Positions 27,227-40,689 of a DNA stretch of 64,000 nt are shown piece after piece. Position 1 is the stretch's first letter; every line of letters starts with the position of its first letter. The notes under the pieces were generated by a model that did not search any database, was not told where the DNA came from, and saw only the letters and a program-made list of their open reading frames with translations. The stretch is taken from NCBI RefSeq assembly GCF_009834535.1, contig NC_045697.1:65226001-65290000 (forward strand), read 5' to 3'. Origin of the DNA: Camelus ferus. Lineage: Eukaryota. The translations under genes and the position numbers were made by a program.

Positions 27227-30200
27227 AGCATAGACAGGATATTTGGACTAAATAGATTTTGTTTTAGTGTGTATGCTTATGATATAACATATATTGAATA
27301 TTATTTATATTGAATAATATACATATTTAATAATCAGTGACTGTATATTCAAATATAGGTTGCAGAAATATATTATCATGTAAAGGAATTTTTGGAATGA
27401 AAGAAATTGTTAGAACTCAAGTGATTCACAAGATAGTATTTAATTACTGATATATCAAGATCCCTAGATATGCTGAATGTGAACCTGCAGAACAAGAGAG
27501 CAATGCTGACTTAACCTAAGAAGTTTAAGTAGTCACCCTCATCTGGGACTTGTGGAGGAAAAAGATGGCAGTAATGACTACCTGATGCTAAGTTCTCTGG
27601 GCAGGACTGAAGAGGAGCAGGACTAGGAGCCCAGGAAACCTGGGCTCGGTCAGAAGTGGGCATGGTTCTTACTGTATTTTGTAACAGTACAGGTTTGCCT
27701 TTGCTCAGAGTCCTGAAATACACTTCCAGCATGATCCAAACCCCATCTTAGTGCATCTGACCTGAACTCACTATAGCTACAATCAAAAGCTTCACAAATT
27801 TTTGGTAGAAATGAAATCACAATTTCAAGATACAGATTTTGGTGAGTAAACCATATGCTTTACAGCTCAATGACTGTTTTTAAAATTGTAAACCTTTAAG
27901 TATTTCTAAATTATCCAGCCCCTATTCTATCAGGGTTGCTCTATTTCAAGATGAATTGGTTTAAAAACAAAGACTATAATACACACCCATCATCCTAGCA
28001 TTTTGGAAATGTATATATGAATTTAAAAATAAGCTGAAAAAAATAAGCTGAAATTTTTGGATATTTCACCAAATGTGGATATTTCACTGACTGTTTGAAG
28101 TCAGGTTCACTTGAATCCTTGGAAGTAAACTGTTTTTCATGAAACTTCTTAAATTGAGGAAGAATTACTATTACCACTATAAACCCAAGTAAAATCTGAG
28201 AAGTGCTGGGCCTCAGTGTATCTCTGCAGTTTTCAATAATATTTTCATCCTGTAAGTGTGAGAATTGCCATTCATTAAGACATATGTGATCAATGACCAG
28301 CACTAAACATATATTGTTCACTTTTGTGTAATGATGTTAATTATATTTTTGGATTGTGAAGTACTATGGCTGATTAAAACATGCATATTTCTGAAGAGCT
28401 ATTTGTCCATTCATATTCAGTGATAAATGCATGCAGCTTTTATATCTATGGATACATGGATCTGTCTGTGAGGAATTTCAAAAGTCCCTTTACCTAGATT
28501 CCCAGAACCCTGTATCATAGCTTCCAGGGTAGAGAGCAGGCATTAGTGTTTTTAAAAACCTCCTGAGGTGACTGGCACAGGAAAAGTTTGAGAAAGAAGA
28601 GAACTGCTCTAGACTACTGCTTTTCGAGCTTTGATGTGCAGACTCGTCTCCTGGAGATTTTGTTCAAATACAAATTCTGATTCTGTGGATATGAGCCTGA
28701 GATTTTATATTTCTATCAAACTCCCAGAAAACACTGGACGGGGCATATATAGAGAATTTCCATTATCACCGGAAGTTATGTTGACTAACACTGCTTTTTT
28801 TTTTTTTTTTTAAATTTAAAAATCTGGTTTATTTCTGCTTTATTATAAATCTTGGTAACAATCAAGATTTTTTTTTAGGCTGGAATTCAGCCATAAACCT
28901 TTAAGTGTACTACCAAGTGAACGTTATTATGGAATGTGTAGGAAACAGCAGATGATTAAAATGTCTCTCCAGATATAATGAAGAGTTGTGACTAGCACTG
29001 CTTTAGACCTTGAATTTATATCTAAAAAACATTTGTCTGAAATTCAGAATAACAACCATTAGGAAAGTGTAGAAATTCGGTAACAAATGTTCTTTAACAA
29101 TATAAATAACTCAACAGTATAAGTAACTGGGAATTTTGAAACATGCTTCTTGGCCCACCTGCCTGAGGCACATTACTTGTTGAAAATAATAATAATAATA
29201 AAAGAGTTATTTTTTCACAGTCCCCACCAGCTAAACTGTTGGAATTCTGGTTCCCTCAGACTGATAGTCCGGGATCCCTAGAGTCTATCAGAAGCCACCA
29301 TTTCCTTTCACCTTTCTGCAAAGTTCTGGTATCAAGATGTTTATGTTGATAACCCAGTGTTCCAGATGTAAGTTGGAGACTAATGCTACCACCAGGAAAA
29401 TTCACGAGTCACTCTTATACCAGCCTGTTGCTGGTATCGTTGTCCAATTCAACCTAAGGGTTAGAAACACCAAGTTCTAGGTGCTCCATTTTAGTGCCAG
29501 TGAGACTGAGGTTGGACCATATGCCCCAGAGAATAAGTGAATCTAACTAGGGCATTTACCTGTCAGCCCACAGATGTTCAGGTGTCTCCCTTGTAATTAA
29601 GGAGCTTAAGCAAATGGACCACTCTGTTCCCACTTTGCCAGACTTTCAGACAGAAAATGACTGATGAGATGACTGAAGTCAAGCCATGCTGGGGACCCCA
29701 GTAGAAAACAAAATTGCTCCTTAAAATGTTAATACTCTGAATGAACACAATAATCACTTCCTATTTACTTTGAAAAAGAATTCTGATAACAGATGAAACA
29801 AAAAAATAAACATAACAAAACAAAAAACTAGCCCTTTATATTTCCCTACAGGCTAACTTCATTTGTTTTTCTAACTTTGTTTAATGGACACACATCTTTG
29901 AGAATCTTGGAACTTTTAAATCTTTTACCAGCATTCTCATTATTATCATTCTCCTTCTTTAGACTCTAAGCATCATAGGGTCAGGTTCTTTATTTATTTA
30001 ACTTTAAATTCCACGTCATATGCTACCTGATACATCACATATTAGTGAGCTCTAAATAAATGGTAAAGTTTTGAGGTGAAATTTGATTTTGGTTTTGAGG
30101 GTTTTGGTTCATCTTATAACTGATTTAAATAAGAACTAAGTCATACATATCAGGATGAACCAAGCATTTTCCTTCTTATTTAATTGCATTCTTTCCTACT

Positions 30201-30594
30201 TCCAAATGTATATGTATTTGCCTTATGTTAAATTCACTCTTCAAATCAGTACATTCTAACTAACAATAACTTCTTGAAACGTAAATGAAGTATTTCACCT
30301 CAGCAATGACACCTCCCCTCCTTAGACTGTCTATTTTTATCATTTCTGTGTGGATTACTAGAATTTCCATGACGAGATTAAATGAAACAACATTCAAAAA
30401 TTCAATCTAATCCCTTTATTTTTTAATTAGGAGGAGCTTTAACTAGCTGGTAAAACATGAGCATATTTATTTATTTTTTAATATTATTGTTTAAATTATC
30501 AAGGTTGAGAGCTAGCCTGGTTCAAATTTAGCATAGGATATAAGATTTGAGACACCCAGTTCTCATCTTTGAATAAGTAATCTTTGTTTTGTTC

Positions 30595-30825
30595 TGTAGG
30601 GGAGAAAAAATCTCCTCTGCCCACCTAGGTTCACTACCTGGGTCCCCAAGAATCAAACTGATAGAGATTAACAAGAGAAACACACACACAGACTGTTGGA
30701 AATTTTAGCGGAATTTGAAAAAAATATATTTCTTCTTGTAGGTTCTCGGCTAGGGCCCCTGTTAGAAAAGATAGATTAACAAGAAAAAAACAAATAAACA
30801 GAAGTTTATTTATATAAATATATTT

Positions 30826-30860
<35 letters not shown>

Positions 30861-31507
30861 ATACATATATATATAAAATTCAGGGATGAGTAACTCAAAG
30901 AACAGGCTAGAACTTGTGTTTAAATACCATCTCCACCCAAAACTGAGGAAGAAGGGTGTGAGGAAGGCAGATTATAGGAAGGTGATGAGAAAAGTACAGT
31001 GAACAGGGTAAGGTTTGTTATGCAAATTTAAGTTGGTACCTTCTCCAGTGATAAACAGCTCTTGTGATTTAGTCATCCTTCTCTTCTTGGTACAGAGATG
31101 TTACTTAAAGAGAATTTTAGGACTTACATACCATCCCAAAGGACTACAAAGTGTGGAGAAGGAAAAGGGGTTGGGGGCCGCTGCAGGGGGGTGGGAGTGG
31201 TAGCAAGTATGCAGAAAAGTACGGTGAATAAGCAGTATTTACTAAGGATAGTTTTGCAGATTCAAGTCAGTGCCTTCTCCATTGATAAGAGTCATTAAAT
31301 GTCATCTTCATCTTACTGGTACAGGAGAGAGACACATCTTTACCAATGCAAATTTTCTGTATAAATGTAAATTTCCTTTACTAAAGAGAAGCTTATGCTC
31401 TGTTTTTAAAGTTTTTCCTACATCTGCTGTTCCTCAGTTGCCTTCAGCTCAGAATAATCCTTATGCCAAGTGGCGTATTTGGGGGTGACATATTCTATTT
31501 CTCTTCA
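30595..31507 (-). mobile_element. Complete ERV1 solo LTR, MER34-family-like, with TG...CA ends and 4-bp TSD
   Basis: GTTC|TGTAGGGG...CTCTTCA|GTTC (TSD at 30591-30594 and 31508-31511). Reverse start TGAAGAGAAATAGAATATGTCACCCCCAAATACGCCACTTGGCATAAGGATTATTCTGAGCTGAAGGC is MER34-type. Contains a (TA)n(TG)n microsatellite at approx. 30825-30875. Confidence 0.85.
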
Positions 31508-33426
31508 GTTCTCTTGCCTTTGTGTGCAACTAGCATTATAGAGCTGCAGTCTAGGAAGATCAGCCATTTGCTTGGACAGAGCCTCCTCAAATAGCATTTC
31601 TAAGTATTGTCATATTCAGTATCTGATCCCAGACACTTGCTCTTTAGTTATTTATAACCACCTTATTCCAAACTTAGCTGTGGCCACTACAGAATTAACT
31701 GGAAACCAATAACCCACCACAAAATGGTAAAATATAATTTAAATCTCAGGACTAAAGAAAGGATAAACTAGAATAGAAGGTTACATTTTAGGAGAGAAAT
31801 TACCATATCAGAATATAGATCAGGGTGTTGCATTATTTCTCTCAATAAAATGGTTAACTACTTGAAATCAGGGACTACTATTCATTTCATCTTCTCATCA
31901 GTATTTGACATAGCACTGATGCTTATTAAATACTTCATGATTTGTTTTCTTTCATTTATTTGTGAAAAAGCAAAGCAGGAAAAAAAAAGATTGCCTTTAC
32001 ATATCATAAAAATATCTTCTTTTGTATTGATGAGAGACTGCCCAAATGAGAACCTTGACACAATTGCAAAAAGCTAGGAAATTGAACCATTCTCAGATTG
32101 CTTTACTTCCTGGCCAATTTTAAGGAGAAATAAACCATTGGAAATCCCTTGTGGTGTCCCCAGTTAAGTTCGGCACAGTCTCACAGCTCTCAGTATGGAC
32201 ACTAATTTCCAAAATGTCACTCGAGCCCTTGAAGGATGAAATTGGTTCAACTGATACCTCGTTAGAGGACACGAACGTCCATCTGACATATATTCACTAA
32301 TTATTATTATTATTTCTTAATTATTTTAAAACATAGAAGATGAAAGGCTAAGACATAATTCTAACTGGCACAGGAGTTTCATAGCGGGAAGGCACCTCTT
32401 GATTAGCAGCTGTGTAAGCAGAGGGAAGGTTGGGGGAATGGAAATTTGGCCAAGAATTCACACAGGAAAGTGCTCCCTGTGCTTCAGAATAGCTCAATCA
32501 GTACTCAGCGTGCTGTGAAAGCGCTCAACTTCCACATATTCAAATGAGTTGAGAGCTTACTTTTTAGAAGTGCTCAATTGGGAGTGCTCAAGTCCTGGGG
32601 CCTATTAGTTGAATGCTAATTAACTTCCCCTTTTCATCTGGTTCACTTCTCAATTAAGCAGACAGACAGCTTTGCTGTTCACATTTTCAGGTTGAACCTG
32701 GACTTTCCACAAGACACTGAGAGACCTGGATTTCTTGTGGAGGAGGGAAAGGTCTCACTGACCATTCTTGTGGCTTTCTTTGGCTAGATTTCATTCTCTC
32801 TCTGTCTCTCTCATGTTTTCACATTCTCCTCCTCACTATTTCTGAGCTTTATTGTCTTGGTTTGAAGCTATTTTGAGAAGACTAAAATAGCAGAGCTTGC
32901 TGTGTTATTTGATCTGGTATCTTTTTATTCTTGATGCATGGGTTTGGGTTTTCCCAAGTGCCTTTTCAATCATTTTGATAAGATTGCCCTCAGAAATGGT
33001 TTTGAGCTTTGAGTTTAAGAAATTGTGTAGCTTTGTGCTATGTTCCATAATGTCCACTTATACCTTTGGCTAACTCATTAGCTTTTCACTTTCTAAGTGG
33101 GAAAGAGGAGTCCCATAATGTGCTCAGTATTAAGAATGTAACTTCATTAACTGATTTGCTTATGATCAATTTTGAGCCATATATTTTGAGAATGCACTTT
33201 GGGGAAAATATACTATGTCTTTGAATAATCTCACTATTGCTGTAAGTTGTGATGAATAGTTAAATGGAATTCTATTTTCTGTAACAACATCAAAATATCA
33301 TAGGAAGATGCATTGATGTGTGAGTGTATTTTTAAAACATATTCAAGTAATTTCATACATTCCTTTTGCAAGTACTTCATTGTGCATTAAAAAAATCTTT
33401 TGAAGTATATGTATTTATATGATAAT

Positions 33427-34067
33427 TTTTACCAAACCAAACTTGAGCCCACCTGCCTATGTGCAGTAAAGCCAATCTGCTGACACTGGGCTGTGGTGAA
33501 GGGAAGTGCAGCATTTATTGCAGGGCACCAAGCAAGGAGTCCAGGCAGCTAGTGCTCAGAAGACCCAAACTCACTGATGGCTTTCAGGGAAAGGTTTTTA
33601 AAGGGATGGGGGTTGTGGGATGTGTAATCAGCTCACAGAAATTCTTCTGATTGATTGGTGGAGAAGTAATCAGGAGTCAACATCATCAGTCTTCTGGTTC
33701 CAACTGGTCTGGAGTCTGCATGCTTGTGGGCAGCATACAGTTAGCTTCTTCCACCCGGTAGGGATGTTCAGTATCTGCATATCAAAGGATATGGCTCAGA
33801 ATATTATCTGTAGCCCTTGAGAAGGAACTAAAGATCTTTGATTTTGTTTAATGGCTAAACTATTATTATTTTGCCTTAACTGACTTTTCCTTTGTTTCTG
33901 CATTTTCTCACTTCTCTGATTAAACTTATCCTTTGAAACTCAGGGAAGGCCTAGAAGGCTAAAGTTGTACAACAAACAAGTGGCAGGCAGTAGGAATGAA
34001 GCGGTAGCGTTTGGAGGACATGGGGTGGGGGCCTGTCCTGGGAAGGCCTCATAGGATTATGCAATCA
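33427..34067 (-). mobile_element. ERV1-class solo LTR of laurasiatherian type (MER41/LTR39-like; family tentative)
   Basis: ttaccaaaccaaacttgagcccacctgcctatgtgcagtaaagccaatctgctgacactgggctgtggtgaagggaagtgcagcatttattgcaggg (AATAAA on the minus strand)...cattttctcacttctctgattaaa...gggaaggcc. Confidence 0.75.
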
Positions 34068-35640
34068 GCCTAAGATTGTTCACTTAGGTCTGTTGTTCAG
34101 TGTGGTCTTTAGTGCACTGGATGCAACATGACAGTTGTATCCTATTTCCCCTTATTACCAATACAAAGTCTATAACCAGCTGAAGAAAGTCTTTGAGAAT
34201 ATTCTCCTTTAAATGGAGGAAAAGCCAAGCCAAAGTTTTTCCTGTCAAAACCTTTATTTCAGTTTAATTCTTGATCTTCTGTAATGGTGTGGCAAGTTGT
34301 TGTTCAAAGTAAAGGTTAGGGAATGTTTAAGTAAATAAAAAGTTAAGATTCTGTGTGCTTCACACAGTTAACCTCCTAACTCATCTCCCAGTCAACCACT
34401 CCCCAAGGCAAAAGTGCCTTCCCATCTATAAATGTCACTGGAAAGGCCATGGATTTTGGTGGAAATATCAAGACTTCTTATGCTGCAGCCATTGAAAACA
34501 TGGGTACTCCAACTCCTCCATTCTGATTTGGGTTCTCCAAACAGCCTTCAGATTTTAATTGGCTTCCACGTGGGCCTACTGTAGAGAAAGACTAAATTGG
34601 TCAGATAAATAAATTGTTTAGGAAATAAATTAGTCAATATAAAGTTTTATGTCAGTTATATCTCAATTCAAAAAAAAAAAAAAAAGGCATCAGTCACATT
34701 CCTGTATGTGTGAAAAGGATAGGAATCTCACTGGAAATGAATACATTGGCATCACGGCTTCCTATCACAGTCTGGACTTTGCTAATGTGACTTGTACTGA
34801 GTGATGGGATAGTGCGCAGTATTCTTACAATAGGCACTTTCTGAGCCTGCAGTGCTAATGGCCTGACCTTGGATAGTGATGAATTCACTAAGATAATCAC
34901 TATCACTTATTAAAGTCTCTTTTGAGAAAACTTGATGGATGTCAAAATCAAGTTTAAAATTATTTTCTTTTTGAATTTCTGTTGAATTTATGTGATGTTT
35001 TTACAATAATGCCATGCTCAGTTTTATGGGCACAACGGACTTTTTTTTTTTACCTTTATGCTGGTATTCAAAACTACAAAACTAAGCATTTCAACAAAAA
35101 TTAAAATTTAATATTTTTAGCAACCTGGGGTATCTTATAATGATAATATGTGATTAGAAATATCTTTTTTATAGAACAAAATGAGAGAATTTGGTTAACA
35201 GAGTTTACTTTACAAATTCTGCCCAGTGGCTGTAAGAGGCAGTGCCGTGTTATTGCTTTGCTCTAAAATGAAGATAGAAACATATGCCCCATTGCCCCTC
35301 ACTGCTTGGCATATTGAAACTTGTCTATTAAGTTACCCTTTACAGAGTTTCACCATGTTCTGTCTCTCTGAAAATAAAAACTAATTCAGCTTTTTTATTT
35401 TTATGATAGAAAAAATAATATCTAGAATGGAGTTTGCCATGCAATCATACATTCAAGTGATGTATTTACTTTAATAAACCAAGAAGATATTTAGGTTGTT
35501 TGCATCAATTTTAAACAATTATCTTTTTTGTGTTTACTTGACCTAGTTAGATAATGATTTGCAAATGGATTTGATTCAAGGAAGCATTGGTTAAAACGTT
35601 TAGTGAAGTCTTAAAACAAGGGCTTTTAATATTCCTGAGC

Positions 35641-35685
35641 AATAGGAGGCTTAGCCTCCTATTATAGGAGGTTTAGCCTCCTGTG
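35641..35685. repeat. Tandem pair of 22-bp palindromic units
   Basis: AATAGGAGGC-TTA-GCCTCCTATT followed by ATAGGAGG-TTTAG-CCTCCTGTG. Confidence 0.9.
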
Positions 35686-38600
35686 AGGTGTGTGGGGCTT
35701 GTTTGCAGTCAGCTTTGACATTTTCAGATATTTCCACTAAAAGGAGTTCTATTTTGAAAACACTTACTGGAGAGCATCCTCCATTGAGTACTACTTCCTT
35801 TTGTTCTTGTAGTTTTCAGCTTCTGTTGGCCAAGATTAAGAAATGATTGAGGCAGCCACAGTGTATGTCATTTGATTGCTATACAAGATAATAGTTTTTC
35901 ACTTTTTAATATTATCTCTTCCAAATTAGGATTTTGTAATGTCTCATTAATATGCAAATGCTTGTTATGACTGTTTTTCCTCTACTGTATGATCTACTTT
36001 CCAGTTGAAAATTAATAAACTCTCTCAACTGGTCCTAAAGTTCTCATCAATATGAGCAGATATTGCTATTGTTTGTTTGGCTGAAGCATTTACTTTGACA
36101 GATACCATCTAAGTTTGAAAATAAACTAAGCCCAAGTCTTGGTTTTGTATAGTAGTATCAGGAAAATACTTTGTTTTGTGTTGATTTCAGTGGTAAAACA
36201 ACAGTGGTTATCTGATCATTTTTAGGATATGAATTTCAAAAAAGAAGTCATGCTTGTTTTTTGGTTTTATTTTTATGTCAGTGTCCAGTCAAAAGCAACA
36301 ACAACAAAACACTCTTTAAATGAGAGTCAAAAGACATCGCATCTATAACAGTATTTTTTTAAACTATGTGGTATGCTAAAATTTCAGTCATTTTATCCAT
36401 TTTGTAAAAATCAACTCACTATTCAGTTTTTGAACAGTGCCACTAATCAAATCAATCACAAGTTCTTTTAAACATCATAATATCCCTATAGGATAGATAC
36501 TATTATTAAGCCCATTTTATAGATGAAAAAGCTAAGGTACAGGAAGACATGTAGCCTCCCCAAGGTCACACAATGGATTATAACCCAGGCAACCTGCCTC
36601 CATATTTTGTGCTTGTAACTGCTAAACTATGCAGTGTTAAAAATTCCACTTTTGTTTTTTGTTTTTTTTTCTTTTGTGAATGCTAGCCTCTGGATGTTTG
36701 TGAAGAAGTCCTTGCCTTAATGGTAAGACAGTGGACTTTCCAATATTGGTCTTGTTATTCTTTGACTGAAAATGTAGTCAAAGCTTCTGAGGGACTTAAA
36801 TCCAAAGAGAGGAAGGAGGTAGAAGGAGGCTCACAGTTTAGCTAATGTGACACCAGTCCTGTAGATCAGTGGGGCAAAAATGTCATACCAGCACAGTTAT
36901 TTCATTTAGGCCTAGGTTTAAAATTTTCAATGGAAAAGAATTATTTAATAATCTTAAGATATAGTGTAAACACTGATTGCAATATTGTCTATCTTACACA
37001 TAGCAGAATAAATTATTTAAACAGATTGTGCATTAAAGATGTATACCCATAATAAATGCAGGAAAATGGAATTCTAAAGGAGAAGATATAGAAGAATCTG
37101 CTTTTGAGGCAAATTTACCTCTTTAAAGATTGTTCTAGAACTAACTGTAATTCTATGTGAATAAGGCTTTATTATATTTGTAAGGAAATTTCATCTACTG
37201 ACGAAGACTTCTGGGAGGTTAAAGGATCAGTAATTTCCAGGGTGTAGAGTACCATATGAATCTTAAAGGCAAAGTAGCTGTTGATAAAGGAAGGACAGTA
37301 TGTCGTCTTCCATTGGGTAGTTTATACTCTAAGGTTGTTGATTATGACACAGACAAAAATTAATATGAAAATACAAATACATACAGAAAAAATAAAATGT
37401 TATTGTTTAAAATCTTGCACTATATGTCGGTTACTTCAAATTGTAAATAATGAGATTTGGCTTATATATGTTGCCATTGCAGCTAGTTGATATTTGGCAA
37501 AGTCATATTTAACCCTTCTCAGGTTTCCATAGGGAATCAACATTGCGCAGTTACCTTAGGCAGATGGCTATAACAAAACTCCAGCCTGAGTTTATATTGC
37601 CCCTTGAACTCCTTGAGGAAGAGGAAACAAAAACTAAACACAAAATAGAGTAAACCTTCAAATTATTTGAAAAATAATTTTATAGGCATTATGATGATTA
37701 CTGTTCAGAATGATGCCTTGCCCTTGAGAAATCTGCATTTTACATTAAGCAAACTGCCAATTTATACGACTGCTGCTTGAGATGGCACAATTATACTACA
37801 GGCACTTTGTCCTTTAGGCCCAGAAGGAACCCACGGAACTGCTCTGTCAGTATCATTCATGCAAGTGACATATAATGTCAAAACTGTTTAGTGAAGCAAG
37901 TAAACAGAGTTAAGAGGGTTTCATGATGGAAAGAAATGGTGTATGGATGCACAGATGAGGCTGGGATATGGTTTGAATTGACAGTGAGGTGTGCAATTTT
38001 GGCTATCTTGCTCTGTTTTTATGTTATCTAAAGATATGAAATATACTTGAAACAAATGAGTTTCATCTCTAATGAGACTGAAAATATGGGGATGTTTTAA
38101 TTATATCATCTTTAATAACATTTTATCATGAAACTGAAACACATGGGGCCACTATATTTTATATTTATCTACCTCAGGAGTAACTTTTTAAAAGCTAAAA
38201 TACAGATTTAATGTAATTAGAAGAATAAGTGCTCTTTCTGAAACCATTCACCTATTTTATAATTCACATAAATTTAGCTTTTTGATATTGAAATAAAAGT
38301 GTACCAAGGATTTCCTCTTAATTTAGTATATAAAGACATTTGAGTTTTATTTTTGTATCACATTTATATCATAATCCACACACCTAAGAATGTTATAGCT
38401 AGATGCAGAATGCTTGTGAAAAACAGTCACGTATATATCACTGACTAATTTAAGGAATAGGTAGGATGACCTCATAATTGGAAAAAACATTAACAGTAGT
38501 GGCCAAGAAGACTTGCAGGAAAGGTAAGATAAGGAGGAATAAAGGGGAACCCTAAGTAATAGTTATTATAATATCTCTTTTTATAGAAGAAGAATCTAAG

Positions 38601-39559
38601 CTCAAGTCAGGTTACTAACGCAGAAATCACATAGCTAATAAATGAATGAACAACCATTTCAAATCATCTCTCACTGAATGCACCCCCCCCCAATTTTTGC
38701 CTGACATCATTCTGAGCATGGAAGATATAGTGGTGAAGAAGAGAGACAGACTTAATCCTTTCATTTATTTTGTTTTCTTAATGCATGATAACAGATATAA
38801 ACATGGTAAGAAAATATTTGATATTAGTAAGTGCTATAATGAAATAAGATAATAAGAGATTTCTTTCCAAAGAGATGATTTACTCTTGTAACCTAATAAA
38901 TATCAATATCCTACAAAGTTTGTCTTTGCTATTAAGAACACTTTCTGGGGATAGGCCCTATATAATTTACTGCTATGTAGTCAGATTTCCTGGGTTCTTC
39001 ATATACTTTCTGTGTGACCTTGAGCCTGTCTGAGCCTCATTTCCCTCACTGGCAAAATGGAGTTAATAATAATACTTACCAACATCTCGTAATTTTTTAC
39101 AGGAATAGAGAATTAAATCTATGTAAAATGCTTAAAATAGTGTTTGATATCTAAAAACTCAAATATGTGCTATTCTTGTGCTTTTCCTTGTGTTTGCTTA
39201 TGATTTTATTAACCATGGTTTAAAACACTATTAAGCCATAATAAGCTTTTGTGTTGGTAGAATCTTGGTACAGTGTCACAGACAATAGGTAAATTAGGGT
39301 AGCAGTACCTCTGAGAATATCTCAAGTGAACCTATCCACTTGACTCAGGGTTCTCTTTGAATGTGATATGCTTGAACTTTCATGGATAGCACTTTTGTAC
39401 ATCTTACGTCCTTTCTTATTTGCTTCCCTGTAGACACTTACTGATGCATTATGCCCTTCATGCTCTATTACTTGTGTTTACTACTTCTAATTGAACCACT
39501 AATACTTCTTCAAATCTCTATATTGCTGCGTTACAGTATGTCCAGCCAAAATATTTGAC

Positions 39560-40550
39560 ACATTAATCTGCTTCTTATATCCTAACCTGAATACTACTCT
39601 GACATCTTACTGTCAAATTGACTCATGAATCTTCACTTCAGATGCTATTCAAACTACTTCCTCAGTTGATTAATTACACCTCTATTTACTCAGTTATCTA
39701 AACCAGACAACTAGGAGTCGCCTTCCCCTCAGACCTCACATGACCTCGCTGTTCTCCGAGTTCTCTTCTTTCTCCATCACCGTTTCTCTTACTAGCTTAT
39801 TACTTTAGGTTGCTAATTGGTCTAAGTCTAGCTTCCCTCCAAAACCCTTTTCTAAATGGATGCACAAGTAGTCTTTCTAAAATGCAAACAGGATTATATC
39901 ACTACTTTACCTGAAATCTTTTAATAGTTCTTTATTGTCTTTGGGATCGTCTCCATAAAATGCATATACATCCTTTGTACCTCCATCTCCTGCAACTTTC
40001 TTTTATTTACTCAATACCTCTTATAGTTCCCTCAAAAATTCTTTGCTCTCCTATTTATTCCTCAAGACTCAGGTTTTTCTAAATCAGGGTTCCAACCAGA
40101 AAGAGATTTCACACTCAGATCACTCAAATATTTGAAGAAGGATCTATTTACAAAAATTTAGGCAGAATATAGGTAACACACAAATGGTAATGCAATAACC
40201 TGGGCTAAAATAATAAATTCAGTGAATATATTCATCTTGCTTAGTCCAATCCAGCACTGGGGCTCCCTGTTGACTGAACCTCCTCGAAGTCAGAGGCTTG
40301 GGAGCTGTTCACATGGTCCACATAATCTGCCAGCTGAGAAAGGTGGAGATAGAGCTGGAGAGCCAAATGAAAGATTCCTGAAAGCTTTTCCAGATTCTTC
40401 CCATGTCTAGTCAGGTGCTTCCCCTTGTGTGTTTCTACAGTCCATGTTCTCCTCTTACAGCACACATGGCTTGTGTTGCAGTCACCTTTTTCAGGTCACC
40501 TATACCTTGCTGGTCTACTGACTGACTAGACTATGATGTCCTCGGGCTCC
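39560..40550 (+). mobile_element. LINE-2 fragments, probably interrupted by an old ERVL-type LTR fragment (approx. 40080-40370)
   Basis: ctcagttatctaaaccagacaactaggagtcg...tctttctaaaatgcaaacaggattatatcactact is L2-like; tcagggttccaaccagaaa...ggatctatttacaaa is LTR33-like. Confidence 0.45.
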
Positions 40551-40628
40551 TAGAAGACCCTTTCCATTTTAAGTAAATTTTACTATATTGTCTTTTTTTT
40601 TTTTCGCTAAGAAACTAGACTGGAAACA

Positions 40629-40630
<2 letters not shown>

Positions 40631-40684
<54 letters not shown>
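40631..40684. repeat. (CT)27 microsatellite
   Basis: Read directly; pure pyrimidine mirror repeat. Confidence 0.97.

Positions 40685-40689
<5 letters not shown>

Noticed and set aside
29370..29390. gttggagactaat resembling the start of the next GRID2 exon (VVETN)
   Set aside because: Only a few bases match, there is no acceptor, and the continuation does not encode LVAFDCHW.
35641..35685. CRISPR-like or prokaryotic operator-like palindromic repeats
   Set aside because: Only two abutting units, no spacers, no cas genes, mammalian intron context.
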